Shown here one piece after another: positions 32,677 through 44,955 of a stretch of 64,000 bases of DNA (positions are counted from its first letter, which is position 1; each line of letters begins with the position of its first letter). The translations under genes were made by a program, and so were the position numbers. Below the pieces are notes generated by a model. That model saw only the letters and a list, made by a program, of their open reading frames with translations, was not told where the DNA came from and ran no database searches. Origin of the DNA: Gemmatimonadota bacterium. Its GTDB lineage: Bacteria; Gemmatimonadota; Gemmatimonadetes; Gemmatimonadales; GWC2-71-9. The DNA lies in the NCBI GenBank assembly GCA_039588295.1, contig JBDHAB010000007.1, positions 96,001 through 160,000 of the forward strand. The letters run 5' to 3'.

Positions 32677-32885
32677 ACTGGCCTTCGCATGAGGGACGTG
32701 GGCCCAGGATCGCAAAATGTGCGCCTCGAAACGGGCACCTGCAAGAGCGGACTTCACGTGCAATTGGTGGTGAGGGTCCTGCTGCTGTGGGACGAATGCA
32801 ACACGGGGGCGCCCCAGGGTGGCCGTAGACAGGCGCCGCCGAGATCCCCCGCCTTCGGGGCCTGGGTCGTTCCCGCCGCGGATTC

Positions 32886-34766
32886 CTACCTGGTCTCCGG
32901 GATCCCCGACTCGATCCAGGTCATTTCGTTCGCCATTACCCGCTGTGCCGTCTGATACAGCGCCACATCGTCGTTGTCGAACAGACGGTCGAAGCGAGCC
33001 TCGATCCGGCGCCGCGCAATCGTGCAGAAGGTATTCGCGAGTGTGACCGCCGTGCCGCTCTTCCCCCGATCCTCCGGCGAGGTGCTCGTCCGTAGGGACT
33101 GTGTCCTCGTGCAGGTGGCACTCATCGCGAACAGTTCGGTTCCGACTTCGACGAGACGAAACAGGACGGCCTGTCGCTTTTCGAGCTTCGGGCCGAAGCG
33201 CACGATCGCATGGAACAGCGCCCGCGTGAGGCGTCGCGAGGCACGGTTCACATAGCGCATCTGCCTTGCCAGCGGGCCGAACTCGCCGTACTTGGGCCAG
33301 CGGCCCCAGCCGATCCACCGTGCCGGGTACCACCCGGCGTAGTAGATCGCCGCCTTGACGAGCGCGGCCAGCTTGGCAGCGCCGGAGGCATCGGGGTCGG
33401 CGATCGTGCCGGCGATCTTGAGGTGCGAATCCACAACCTCGCGCGCGAGGAACAGGCGCAAAATCTCGGACGAACCCTCGAAGATCATGTTGATCCGGAA
33501 GTCGCGCATCAGGCGCTCAACCGGCTCGGGCTGCTCACCCCGTGCCCGGAGGCTCGACTCCGTCTCGTAGCCCCGCCCGCTGCGGATCTGCATCGTTTCG
33601 TCGATGAGTTCCCAGCCGCGCTCGGTGTTCCACATCTTGGCCATCGCCGCCTCGAGGCGGATGTCGAACTTGTTCTGGTCCGCCATGATCGCGGACAGCT
33701 CGGCAAGTGCGTCCATGGCGAAGGTCATTGCGGCCATGGTGCCGAGCTTCTGGGCGATTGCATCGTGCTTGCCAATTGGGTGGCCCCACTGGACCCGCTC
33801 CTGACTGAAGCGCCGCGAGATGTTCAAGCACTGCTTCGCCAGGATGGCGGAGGTGGCGGGGAGCGTGAGACGGCCGGTGTTGAGCGTAATAAGGGCGAGC
33901 TTCAGTCCCTTCCCCTCGCCCCAGAGGATGTTTTCTTTGGGCACCCGCACGTTCGTGAACCGCAGAAGTGCGTTCTCGATGCCGTGCAGGCCCATGAAGT
34001 GGCAGCGATGCGCGACTTCGACACCTGGCCAGGACGACTCGACGATGAAGGCGGTGATGCGACCGTCTGGAGTGCGCGCCATCACCACCATGATGGCGGC
34101 GACTGTCCCATTGGTGCACCAGAGTTTTTCCCCATTGAGGAGGTACGCGCCGCCGTCCTCCGTCAGCGTCGCTGTGGTCTGCATTCGGGCCGGGTCGCTC
34201 CCGACGTCGGGTTCGGTGAGCGCAAACGCGCTGATCTCGCCCTTGGCCAGCCTGGGGAAGTAGCGCTGCTTTTGCTCCGGTGTGCCGAACAGTTTGAGTG
34301 GCTGCGGAACTCCGATCGACTGATGGGCTGAGAGCAGCACCCCGATCGAGCTTTCATACGCAGTCGCCAGTGCAATCGCTCGGTTGTAGATCGTCTGCGA
34401 GAAGCCCAGACCTCCGTATTCCTGTGGGGCCTTGATCCCGAAACATCCGAGCTCCGCGAGCCCTTTGACGACCGTATCGGGAATCTTGTAGTCACGGTCG
34501 ATGGCCTCCGCGTCGACGTGTTCCTTCAAGAACGCATCGAGCTTGGCCAGCCAAGGTGCGGCTCGGTTCAGCTCATCCTGTGGGACACTGGGAAACGGGT
34601 GGATCAACTCGAGATGTACGCGCCCGTTGAACAGCTCCTTGACGAAGCTGGGCGCCGTCCATTCACGCTGCCGCGCAGCCTCGGCGACCCGGCGCGCTTC
34701 GCGCTCGCTCACATTCTCCGAGGCCTTCGAGTGGGCGCCTGATGTATTGGGAGCAACGGTAGTCAT
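32886..34766 (-). CDS. Acyl-CoA dehydrogenase (long, VLCAD-like C-terminal extension)
   Basis: AFALTEPDVGSD, LNGEKLWCTNG, TLNTGRL, RVQWG and RDFRINMIFEGSSEI. Confidence 0.92.
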   Translation of the reverse strand: MTTVAPNTSGAHSKASENVSEREARRVAEAARQREWTAPSFVKELFNGRVHLELIHPFPSVPQDELNRAAPWLAKLDAFLKEHVDAEAIDRDYKIPDTVVKGLAELGCFGIKAPQEYGGLGFSQTIYNRAIALATAYESSIGVLLSAHQSIGVPQPLKLFGTPEQKQRYFPRLAKGEISAFALTEPDVGSDPARMQTTATLTEDGGAYLLNGEKLWCTNGTVAAIMVVMARTPDGRITAFIVESSWPGVEVAHRCHFMGLHGIENALLRFTNVRVPKENILWGEGKGLKLALITLNTGRLTLPATSAILAKQCLNISRRFSQERVQWGHPIGKHDAIAQKLGTMAAMTFAMDALAELSAIMADQNKFDIRLEAAMAKMWNTERGWELIDETMQIRSGRGYETESSLRARGEQPEPVERLMRDFRINMIFEGSSEILRLFLAREVVDSHLKIAGTIADPDASGAAKLAALVKAAIYYAGWYPARWIGWGRWPKYGEFGPLARQMRYVNRASRRLTRALFHAIVRFGPKLEKRQAVLFRLVEVGTELFAMSATCTRTQSLRTSTSPEDRGKSGTAVTLANTFCTIARRRIEARFDRLFDNDDVALYQTAQRVMANEMTWIESGIPETR

Positions 34767-34942
34767 TTGTTCCGTGGCCTCATGAAGTCGGTCGTGCAGC
34801 ATCGGTCCCGCACACTGGTCATCCGTCCTCTAGTGCCAAATATACCGTGCGCTCGTGTTCTCGTATGGCGCGGTGTAGGTTGCGCAATCCGGTCACGCAG
34901 AGACAACATTCGGCGGCGCCTTTTCCGCAGGTGTTGGAACCG

Positions 34943-36994
<2,052 letters not shown>

Positions 36995-37049
36995 AGCCGA
37001 GGGGCCGTCGCCGTGGCCCAGCGTCATATGGCCGAACGCTCCAACAGCT

Positions 37050-37700
37050 ATGACTGCGGCGGTGTCTGAGCCCTTGTATCCTTCGCGGTCGGGCGCCGGG
37101 GCCTTGCTCAGTCGGCAGGTGTACCACCGCGTGCGCCAACCTGTGGTGGTGCTCGGGATCACGCCGTCGGGTGTGGAGATCGCCGCAAGCGCTTCGAAGG
37201 CCATGGACACGGCCTTCGACGTGGTGGTGGCGACGCATGTGCGGCTGGATGGACTCGGCATCGTCGGCGCGATTGCTGAGGACGGGCGAGCCGCGTTGGA
37301 TCCGGCGTTCGAACCGCGATTTGGGATCATGGAGTCGCTCAACGCCGCGATCGACAGAGCCCGACGCGCGGTGAAGCGGGAACGCCTGCTGTTTCGGGGG
37401 CAACGGTCGCTCAGGTCAGTCACCGGCATGGACGTTGTGGTGGTAGACGGACACCTTACGAGCCCCTGGAAAGCGCTCGCCGTGGTCAACGCCGTCTCGG
37501 AAGGCGAGCCGGCGCACATCCTGATTGCGGCGCCGGTCGGGACCCAGTCAGTGCAGGAGCACTTGAGTGCACGCAAGGTCGAGTTCGTCTGCCCGACGAT
37601 CATCGTGGATCCCGCGGGCCATCCACGTCCCTTCGGGGATCCTGAGGACCCTAGCTCGGAACGCCTCCGTAGCATCGTCGTCGCGCGCGAGAGTACGTAG
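37050..37700 (+). CDS. Phosphoribosyltransferase-fold protein with a degenerate PRPP loop
   Basis: Colinear with predicted PRTases (SRSGAGALL, VVVLGITPSGV, GAIAEDG, ILIAAPVG, EFVCP), but the PRPP loop reads VVVVDGHLTSPWK. Confidence 0.7.
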   Translation: MTAAVSEPLYPSRSGAGALLSRQVYHRVRQPVVVLGITPSGVEIAASASKAMDTAFDVVVATHVRLDGLGIVGAIAEDGRAALDPAFEPRFGIMESLNAAIDRARRAVKRERLLFRGQRSLRSVTGMDVVVVDGHLTSPWKALAVVNAVSEGEPAHILIAAPVGTQSVQEHLSARKVEFVCPTIIVDPAGHPRPFGDPEDPSSERLRSIVVAREST

Positions 37701-37701
37701 C

Positions 37702-40182
37702 CTGCGGGTCCTCTTCACGCTGTGGTTGCTGAGTGGTGTGCCGCTCCACGCGCAGCTCAGCCCCCCGTCTTCGGGAGGCAGCGCCGAGTTGGACCGCCTG
37801 CTGCAACGCCTCGCCGAGACGCGTCGGCTACTGGTCATCGGTGCCCATCCTGACGATGAAGACACGCGACTGCTCACGGTCCTGGCGCAGGGACTCGGAG
37901 TGGACGCGGCCTACCTGTCACTCACGCGCGGCGAAGGCGGACAGAACTTGATCGGAGAGGAGCTGGGTGTGGGGTTGGGTCTTCTCCGGTCGCGGGAGTT
38001 GGAGGCCGCTCGCATGGTGGATGGCGCCCGCCAATTCGTCACGCGGGCGTACGACTTCGGCTATACGCGATCGGTGGCCGAGACCCGGGCCCTGTGGCCG
38101 CCCGATTCCATTCTGAGAGACGTGGTCCGAGTGGTGCGCCGATTCCGGCCCCATGTCATCGTCTCCACCTGGTCCGGCACCCCGCGGGACCGTCATGGGC
38201 AGCACCAGATGGCAGGCGCGGTGGCGCACGAGGCCTTCGATGCCGCCGCGGATCCCGCGCGATTCATCGACCTGCGGATGGAAGGCCTTGCGCCTTGGCG
38301 GACGCTCACGCTATACCGCTCTACGCGGTTCGATGCTGGGGCCACGACGCTGACCCTGGAAACCGGCACCTTGGATCCGCGAACCGGACTGTCGCACCAC
38401 CAGTTGGCCATGGCGAGTCGCAGCCGACACCGCTCCCAGGACATGGGACAGCTGCAGACGCCTGGTCCCAACCGAACGCGACTCGGCCTCGTCCGCGATC
38501 GCACGAACGCGACAGATGGGCAGCTCTTCTCCGGTGTGCCCCGAGACACGTCGTGGCTCTCGCGGTTGGCCGACTCGCTGCGGAGCGCAGTCGGACCGAC
38601 GCGGCTCGCAGATGCAGTGGCGCCGCTGTCGGCGGCACTCGGTCGATGGCGACGCGAGGGTGGTGACGGAGCCCGAGAGCGCCTGCTCGAGCGCGCGGTC
38701 GCCACGGCGGCGGGACTCGTGATGGATGTCCGCTCGAGCGCCGAGACTGCCGCACCAGGGTCCGCGTTGGATGTCACGGTCTATCTGTACAACGGCGGGC
38801 CGCACGACGTGCGCATTGAGCGGCTGGGCGTTGTTTCGTCCGGGGCGTTCGCTGAAGCGGGTCTCGATACGGTGTTGCACCTCGCGCCGGCGGGGGAGTA
38901 CACGCACACGTTCCGTGTGGACGTGCCCGATGGCACGCCGCCCACGCAGCCGTACTTCCTCGAGCGACCTCGGAACGGGGCGCTGTACGATTGGAGTGAG
39001 GCATCGCCGCATGACCGAGCGGAGCTGTTTGCCGCGCCGCCGCTCGAGGGCAGGGCACGACTGCGGGTAGCGGATGGGCCACCGGTTCGGCTCGCACGCG
39101 AGGCCACGTACCGGTTCAATGACCAGGCGGTTGGTGAGCAGCGCCGCCCGATTCGCGTCGTCCCGCCGATTGACGTGGCGCTCGAGCCGGAGCGGGTGTT
39201 CTGGTCCACGACCGGCCCCGATCAGCGGGAATTCACCGTGTCGCTCACGTACCACGGGGTGGAGCGCGTGTCGGGTGACGTGGGGCTCGAGGTGGACGGG
39301 CGGCCGCTCGTGGCAGGGCGGCGCTTTGCGTTTGAGCGGGCCGGTGAGCGTCTCGTGTTCGCGTTCCCTGTTACGAGGGAGCAGATCGGAGGTGTGGGCG
39401 CTACCGTCCGCGCCGTCGCACGGACTGCTGACGGTGGGGTCTTTGACCGGAGCAGTGTCGTCGTTGACTACCCGCACGTGCGCCCGACGGCGTGGGTGCG
39501 TCCCGCCGAAGCAGCAGTTCGGATTGCGCAAATCACGCTGCCTGCGGTGGACGTCATTGGGTATGTGCGAGGCGCCTCCGACCGCGTGCCGGAGGCCCTG
39601 CTCGGCATTGGCCTGCCGGTAGAGCTGCTCCGAGCCGAGGCGCTCGCTCGGGGTGATCTGTCCCGCTACGACGTGATCGTTGTTGGCAGCCGAGCGTACG
39701 AAACGGACTCGGCGCTCGTCCAGCATAACAGCCGCCTCCTCGAGTACGTGCGGGCCGGCGGCCGCTTGATCGTCCAGTACCAGCAGTATCAGTTCTCTCG
39801 TGGAGACTATGCCCCCTATCCCCTTGCTATCACGTTCCCAAGCGATCGCGTGACTGATGAACGCGCGCCGGTTCGTGTCTTAGTGCCCGAGCACCCGACC
39901 TTCTCCAGTCCCAACCGGATCGGGTTGCAGGATTGGGATGGTTGGCCGCAGGAGCGCGGCCTGTACTTCGCAGGAACCTGGGATACGCGGTACACTCCGC
40001 TGCTCGAGATGCGCGATCCCGGAATGGACCCGGTGCAGGGGGCCCTGCTGGTGACGAGCTACGGCGCGGGAACGTACGTGTACACGGGAATCAGCTTCTT
40101 CCGGTCGCTCCCCGCCGGCGTCCCGGGAGCGTACCGGCTGTTTCTGAACTTGTTAGCCTTGGAACTTGGCGATGACCGGTAG
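37702..40182 (+). CDS. PIG-L/LmbE family deacetylase, exported multidomain
   Basis: IGAHPDDED, LTRGEGGQN, RAYDFGY, HGQHQ and SRHRSQ, followed by Ig-like and C-terminal class-I GATase-like regions. The signal peptide begins at CTG 37702. Confidence 0.9.
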   Translation: MRVLFTLWLLSGVPLHAQLSPPSSGGSAELDRLLQRLAETRRLLVIGAHPDDEDTRLLTVLAQGLGVDAAYLSLTRGEGGQNLIGEELGVGLGLLRSRELEAARMVDGARQFVTRAYDFGYTRSVAETRALWPPDSILRDVVRVVRRFRPHVIVSTWSGTPRDRHGQHQMAGAVAHEAFDAAADPARFIDLRMEGLAPWRTLTLYRSTRFDAGATTLTLETGTLDPRTGLSHHQLAMASRSRHRSQDMGQLQTPGPNRTRLGLVRDRTNATDGQLFSGVPRDTSWLSRLADSLRSAVGPTRLADAVAPLSAALGRWRREGGDGARERLLERAVATAAGLVMDVRSSAETAAPGSALDVTVYLYNGGPHDVRIERLGVVSSGAFAEAGLDTVLHLAPAGEYTHTFRVDVPDGTPPTQPYFLERPRNGALYDWSEASPHDRAELFAAPPLEGRARLRVADGPPVRLAREATYRFNDQAVGEQRRPIRVVPPIDVALEPERVFWSTTGPDQREFTVSLTYHGVERVSGDVGLEVDGRPLVAGRRFAFERAGERLVFAFPVTREQIGGVGATVRAVARTADGGVFDRSSVVVDYPHVRPTAWVRPAEAAVRIAQITLPAVDVIGYVRGASDRVPEALLGIGLPVELLRAEALARGDLSRYDVIVVGSRAYETDSALVQHNSRLLEYVRAGGRLIVQYQQYQFSRGDYAPYPLAITFPSDRVTDERAPVRVLVPEHPTFSSPNRIGLQDWDGWPQERGLYFAGTWDTRYTPLLEMRDPGMDPVQGALLVTSYGAGTYVYTGISFFRSLPAGVPGAYRLFLNLLALELGDDR

Positions 40183-41102
40183 ACGACTCGCCTGGACGCT
40201 GTGGCTCACCGTGGTGACCGGCGGACTTCTGGCCTGCGGTGACGGACGAACACCGCTCGTCGTCTATTCCCCCCACGGGCGGGAGCTGCTCACGCTGGTC
40301 GAGGAACGATTCGAAGCGGCTAATCTCGATGTCGATGTTCGTTGGCTCGATATGGGCTCGCAAGATGCACTCGACCGCATCCGATCCGAACGTGCCAACC
40401 CTCAAGCCGACATCTGGTTCGGCGGGACCTCCGCCTTGTTCCGTCGTGCGGCGGCGGATTCCTTGCTCGAACCGTATCGGCCGTCGTGGGCAGGGGCCGT
40501 GCCCGCGCGGGGCAGGGGACCCGGAGACCTGTACTTCGCGGTGTACGAGACGCCTGCCGTCATCGCCTACAACACGGACGCGTTGGCGCCGGAGGCGGTG
40601 CCAACCGACTGGGATGCCGTGTTGGATTCCAAGTGGCGGGGAGAGGTCATCATTCGGGAGCCCATGGCGTCCGGCACCATGCGGACGATCTCAGAAGCTC
40701 CTGCGTCAGGAAGGAGTGCTCACGTTGTGGGACCTGCCCGATATCCTCGTGGAGAGCGACAAGGGGAGTCCGTTTGGATTTGTGCTTCCGACGAGCGGGA
40801 CGCCGGTCATCGAGGATCCCATCGCCGTCGTACGCGGCGCGCCGCACCTCGAGCAAGCGCGGGATTTCGTAGAGTTTGTCGGCTCCGTCGAGGCGCAACG
40901 CCTGGCCGCCGCCCACGCCTTCCGGCTACCAGCTCGGATCGATCTTCCGCCCGACTCCCTCCCCGATTGGACGCGTGACGTGCGGCGTCGCCTCGTGGTT
41001 GCCGAGATCGACTGGACGATCCTGGCCGAGCATGGAGCGGCATGGATGAGCTACTGGGATCGTACGGTGCGCGGGCGGGGGTCGGGCGGACGGCGCCGAT
41101 GA
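40172..41102 (+). pseudogene. ABC transporter substrate-binding lipoprotein (Fe3+/polyamine type), frameshifted
   Basis: Lipobox LLAC, VVYSPHG, ERANPQADIWFGG and IIREPMASGT in one frame. QKLLRQEG...PTSGTPVIEDPIAVVRGAPH continues in another frame from about 40691. Confidence 0.8.
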
Positions 41103-42133
41103 GCGAGGCATTTCTCGAACTCACAGGTCTCTCCAAGCGGTTCGACGAGCATCAGGCAGTGGCGGATCTCAGCCTGGCGGTGCCGCAGGGAACTGTGCTC
41201 GCGCTCCTCGGCCCGAGCGGCAGCGGTAAGACGACGACACTGCGTCTCCTCGCCGGCTTTGAACAGCCCGATCACGGACAGGTCATCGTTGGTGGACGCG
41301 ATGTGACCAAGTTGGCACCGGCGGCGCGCCGCTTCGGCATGGTGTTTCAGCATTACGCGCTGTTCCCCCATCTGACCGTGGGCCAGAATGTGGCGTTCGG
41401 CCTCGCCGGACGATTCTCGAGGGACGAACGGGTACGTCGTGTCGCTGAGGTGCTCGGGCTGGTCGACCTCACGGGATTCGCCGATCGATCGGTGGGAGCG
41501 CTCTCAGGTGGTCAGCAGCAGCGGGTTGCCGTTGCGCGGGCGCTCGCCCCGGCTCCCGAAATCCTCTTGCTTGACGAGCCGCTCTCCAACCTCGATCCGG
41601 GGCTTCGTGAGCGAACGCGTCGGGAGCTCAAGTCTGCGCTGGCCAAGATCGGCGTCACCACGGTGCTCGTCACGCACGAGCAGGAGGAAGCGTTCGCGCT
41701 CGGAGACCGGATTGCCGTTCTGCGGGACGGGCGGCTCGAGCAGTTCGGCACCGCCCGCGAACTCTACGAGCACCCGAAGTCCTTGTTCGTCGCGACGTTT
41801 GTCGGCCGCGCCTCGATCCTTCCCGGCATCATGACCTCCGACGACTCCGCGCGTATCGGCGCGGCGGCGACGTGGCCGGTCGAGACCCCCGTGACGCTGG
41901 CGGAGGCCGACCGTGTCTCGGTGGTCGTGCGTCCGGAGGCGGTCCGTTTTGACGAAAGCGGACTGCCGGGGACGGTGACGGCGCGAGGCTATGTAGGGGC
42001 GAGAGCGTATTTCACGGTCGATGTCGGCCCGGGTTCGGTGGAAGTGGAGGCATCGGTTGATGCAGCCGAGGTAGGTGCCCGGGTGCACCTCGACGTCGTT
42101 CACGCCTTGGCGTTTGCGGAAGAGGCTGCATAG
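41099..42133 (+). CDS. ABC transporter ATP-binding protein (FbpC/PotA-like)
   Basis: GPSGSGKTT, FQHYALFPHL, LSGGQQQRVA, LLLDEPLSNLD and VTHEQEEA. Confidence 0.93.
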   Translation: MSEAFLELTGLSKRFDEHQAVADLSLAVPQGTVLALLGPSGSGKTTTLRLLAGFEQPDHGQVIVGGRDVTKLAPAARRFGMVFQHYALFPHLTVGQNVAFGLAGRFSRDERVRRVAEVLGLVDLTGFADRSVGALSGGQQQRVAVARALAPAPEILLLDEPLSNLDPGLRERTRRELKSALAKIGVTTVLVTHEQEEAFALGDRIAVLRDGRLEQFGTARELYEHPKSLFVATFVGRASILPGIMTSDDSARIGAAATWPVETPVTLAEADRVSVVVRPEAVRFDESGLPGTVTARGYVGARAYFTVDVGPGSVEVEASVDAAEVGARVHLDVVHALAFAEEAA

Positions 42134-43764
42134 TGCGACGCCCGCGCGGTATCGCGCTCACGTTGGCTCTGGTGTGGCTCGTCGTCTATCCTGTGACACT
42201 CGTTGTCGTGGATGCCTTCCGTGGGGGAGACGGGTGGACGCTGCAACACGTCGCCGCGTTCGCTCGGGAGCCACGGGAGTGGACGGCGTTGTGGAACAGC
42301 CTGTGGATCTCCGGGTTGAGTGTGGCCCTCGCGGGAGCCATTGGCGTCCCGCTGGGGTTCGTGTTCGAGCGACTACGGTTTCCCGGCCAGCGCGTTCTCG
42401 GCGCGCTCGTGGCGCTCCCGGCCGTGCTCCCGCCGTTGGTCGGGGTCATCGCGTTCCTCTTCCTGTATGGCGAGAGCGGGTTCGTGCCCCGCGCCATCAT
42501 GCTCGCTCTGGGTCTCGATGACGCGCCATGGCGACTCCGCGGTGCGGGAGCGATTCTGCTCGTTCATGCCTACTCGATGTACGTGTACTTCTATCTCTTC
42601 ACACGTGCCGGTTTGGCAAAGATCGACGTCTCGATGCTCGAGGCTTCCCATGCACTCGGCAGCGGCCATTGGAGCACGTTTCGTCGGGTGACGCTCCCCC
42701 TCCTGCGACCGCAACTGGCTGCGGCGTCGCTCCTCACGTTCATGACGTCGCTTGGATCATTCAGTGCGCCGTACATTTTCGGTGGAGACTTTCGGGTGAT
42801 GACAGTGCAGATCGTGACGACCAAGCTCAATGGCGATCTGCGCATGGCCGTCGTGGAAACCACGGCACTCGCGGCTGTGGCGGTGCTGGTTCTCCTGTTG
42901 CTGCGTGGCCAGGCCGGCGCGCGGTCGGTCGTTGCGGTGGGGAAAGGGACACCGCCTCACGCGCGAGCCCTGTCGCAGCCGTTCGCACGGTGGGGCGCGG
43001 CAATGCTCGGCTGGGTCTTCAGTGTCGTGCTCCTCTTGCCACATCTGACGCTGGTGGTGATGTCGCTCGTACCGCTCGGCACCTGGACAACCGAACTGCT
43101 GCCTCCGGCGTACACGTTTGCGAACTACGGCGCTCTGCTGAGTGAGCCCGAGCGCCTCCGTCCGCTCGTCAACTCACTCTGGATGGCGGGGGCAGCGACC
43201 GTTGGGGCGCTGGCGATCGCCCTCTGGGCAGGCCGCTACGTCGTGCAACGCAGGGCGACGCTTCGGAACGTGATTGAAACGCTCGTGTCGGTGCCGTGGG
43301 CGATTCCTGGAACGGTCCTAGCGATCGCGCTAGCGACGGCGTTCAGCGTTCGGGCCCCGTGGGTCGCGCGTTGGCTGCTCGTTGGAACGGTGGTCATCCT
43401 CCCGCTTGCGTACCTGGTGCGAAGCATTCCTATCGCCGCCGGGTCGGTGGTGGCAGGGTTCCGTCAACTCGACCCTTCGCTCGAAGAGGCAGCAGCCTCG
43501 CTCGGTGCGAGTCGCTGGCGCACCCTGCGTACCGTCACGATCCCGCTGTTACGGCCGGCGCTGCTCGCGGGTGGTGCGCTCGCCTTTGCCACGGCGGTAG
43601 GTGATTTCGTGACGTCGATCGTGCTCTACACCTACAACACCCGCCCCATCTCGATCGAAATCCTCGCGGCTCTTCGAGCCTTCGACGTTGGGACCGCAGC
43701 CGCCTACGGCGTGGTGCTCGTAGTGTTCTCGGCACTGGCAATGTTCTTGGGAACGAGACGATGA
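42133..43764 (+). CDS. ABC transporter permease (FbpB-like, two permease domains)
   Basis: Two EAA-type loops (MLEASHALGSG and LEEAAASLGAS) and many TM helices. Confidence 0.92.
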   Translation: MRRPRGIALTLALVWLVVYPVTLVVVDAFRGGDGWTLQHVAAFAREPREWTALWNSLWISGLSVALAGAIGVPLGFVFERLRFPGQRVLGALVALPAVLPPLVGVIAFLFLYGESGFVPRAIMLALGLDDAPWRLRGAGAILLVHAYSMYVYFYLFTRAGLAKIDVSMLEASHALGSGHWSTFRRVTLPLLRPQLAAASLLTFMTSLGSFSAPYIFGGDFRVMTVQIVTTKLNGDLRMAVVETTALAAVAVLVLLLLRGQAGARSVVAVGKGTPPHARALSQPFARWGAAMLGWVFSVVLLLPHLTLVVMSLVPLGTWTTELLPPAYTFANYGALLSEPERLRPLVNSLWMAGAATVGALAIALWAGRYVVQRRATLRNVIETLVSVPWAIPGTVLAIALATAFSVRAPWVARWLLVGTVVILPLAYLVRSIPIAAGSVVAGFRQLDPSLEEAAASLGASRWRTLRTVTIPLLRPALLAGGALAFATAVGDFVTSIVLYTYNTRPISIEILAALRAFDVGTAAAYGVVLVVFSALAMFLGTRR

Positions 43765-44951
43765 GGCGGCTTGCCGTCCTCATGACGACGGCCTTCGTGG
43801 ACATGCTCGGCTTCGCGATGGTGTTTCCGCTTCTGCCGTTCTATGCACTCCGATTCGAGGCCGCCGAATGGGTGATCGGCTGGATGATCGCCAGCTTCTC
43901 CATCATGCAACTCGCGTCTGCCCCGGTGTGGGGTCGCCTCTCCGACAGCTTCGGACGCCGCACGTCGATTCTGTTTGGCCTGGGCACCTCCGCGATCGCG
44001 TTTGTCATCTTCGGGTTCGCCGGGAGCATTTGGATGTTGTTCCTGTCCCGCCTCGTGCAGGGCTTCGGAGGCGGCACGACCGGTGTGCTCCAGGCGTACG
44101 TGGCGGACGTCACGGAGCCCAAGGATCGCGCGAAGGCCTTGGGGTGGCTGTCGGCTGCTACCGGTGCGGGGGTGATGATCGGCCCCGCGATCGGCTCGCT
44201 TGCCTTCAAGCTCGGAACTGAGGCGCCCGGCCTCGTGGCCGCGGCGCTGTGTGCCGTGAACATCGCGTTCGCCAGACGGTGGCTGCCGGAGTCATATCCT
44301 GGACACGAACGGTCCCGCGATCAACAGCGCGGCCGTGCGTTGCCACGGTCGATCCGCAGCATGGTGTTTGAAATCCTGCGGGAACCCGGCGCGGAGGTGG
44401 CACGGCTCATCTGGATCTACGCGGCCGGAATGCTCGGCTTCATGTCGATGACCGGTGTTCTCGCACTCTACCTCGCCAGCGATTTTGGCATCACCGAGGA
44501 ATCGATCTTCATCTTCTTCGTGTACGTCGGAGCGATTGGCGTCATCATGCGGGCCGTCATGCTGGGCAAGCTGATCGACTGGCTGGGCGAGGTGAAGCTC
44601 ATGCGCGTCGGGGCAGGGCTGCTCGCGCTCGGACTGCTGGTGATCCCGCTTCCGCGCTCGATTGTCACACTCGGTCTGGTGCTCGGGCTGGTTCCCATCG
44701 GCACCGCGTGCCTCTTCCCAGCGCTCTCGGCGCTCATTTCACACCGCGCCGCCAAACACGAGCTGGGCCAAACCCTCGGTGTGCAACAGGCATTTGGCGG
44801 CGTCGCACGCGTGATCGCCCCGATCTGGTCGACGGCCGCCTTTCAGGGACTCGGAGTCGGCGTACCCTTCTACATCGCAGGTGGCATCGTGGCGTTTGTC
44901 ACACTCCTCGCCTTCGGTGTGAAGGGGCGGGACTTCGCCGAGGCGACGTAG
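43761..44951 (+). CDS. MFS transporter (DHA1/TetA-like)
   Basis: Motif A (GRLSDSFGRR), RLVQGFGG and GVMIGPAIG. Confidence 0.92.
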   Translation: MRRLAVLMTTAFVDMLGFAMVFPLLPFYALRFEAAEWVIGWMIASFSIMQLASAPVWGRLSDSFGRRTSILFGLGTSAIAFVIFGFAGSIWMLFLSRLVQGFGGGTTGVLQAYVADVTEPKDRAKALGWLSAATGAGVMIGPAIGSLAFKLGTEAPGLVAAALCAVNIAFARRWLPESYPGHERSRDQQRGRALPRSIRSMVFEILREPGAEVARLIWIYAAGMLGFMSMTGVLALYLASDFGITEESIFIFFVYVGAIGVIMRAVMLGKLIDWLGEVKLMRVGAGLLALGLLVIPLPRSIVTLGLVLGLVPIGTACLFPALSALISHRAAKHELGQTLGVQQAFGGVARVIAPIWSTAAFQGLGVGVPFYIAGGIVAFVTLLAFGVKGRDFAEAT

Positions 44952-44955
44952 GGAC

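Noticed and set aside
32672..32750. GGCAAAC...CGCAAA resembling a c-di-GMP-I riboswitch near the adhesin start
   Set aside because: It is on the + strand, antisense to the adhesin and overlapping its start, and it lacks the GAAA tetraloop stem.
32677..33333. N-terminal 219 codons of ORF 29104..33333
   Set aside because: They overlap the acyl-CoA dehydrogenase in another frame and precede the signal peptide, so this is an open-frame extension.
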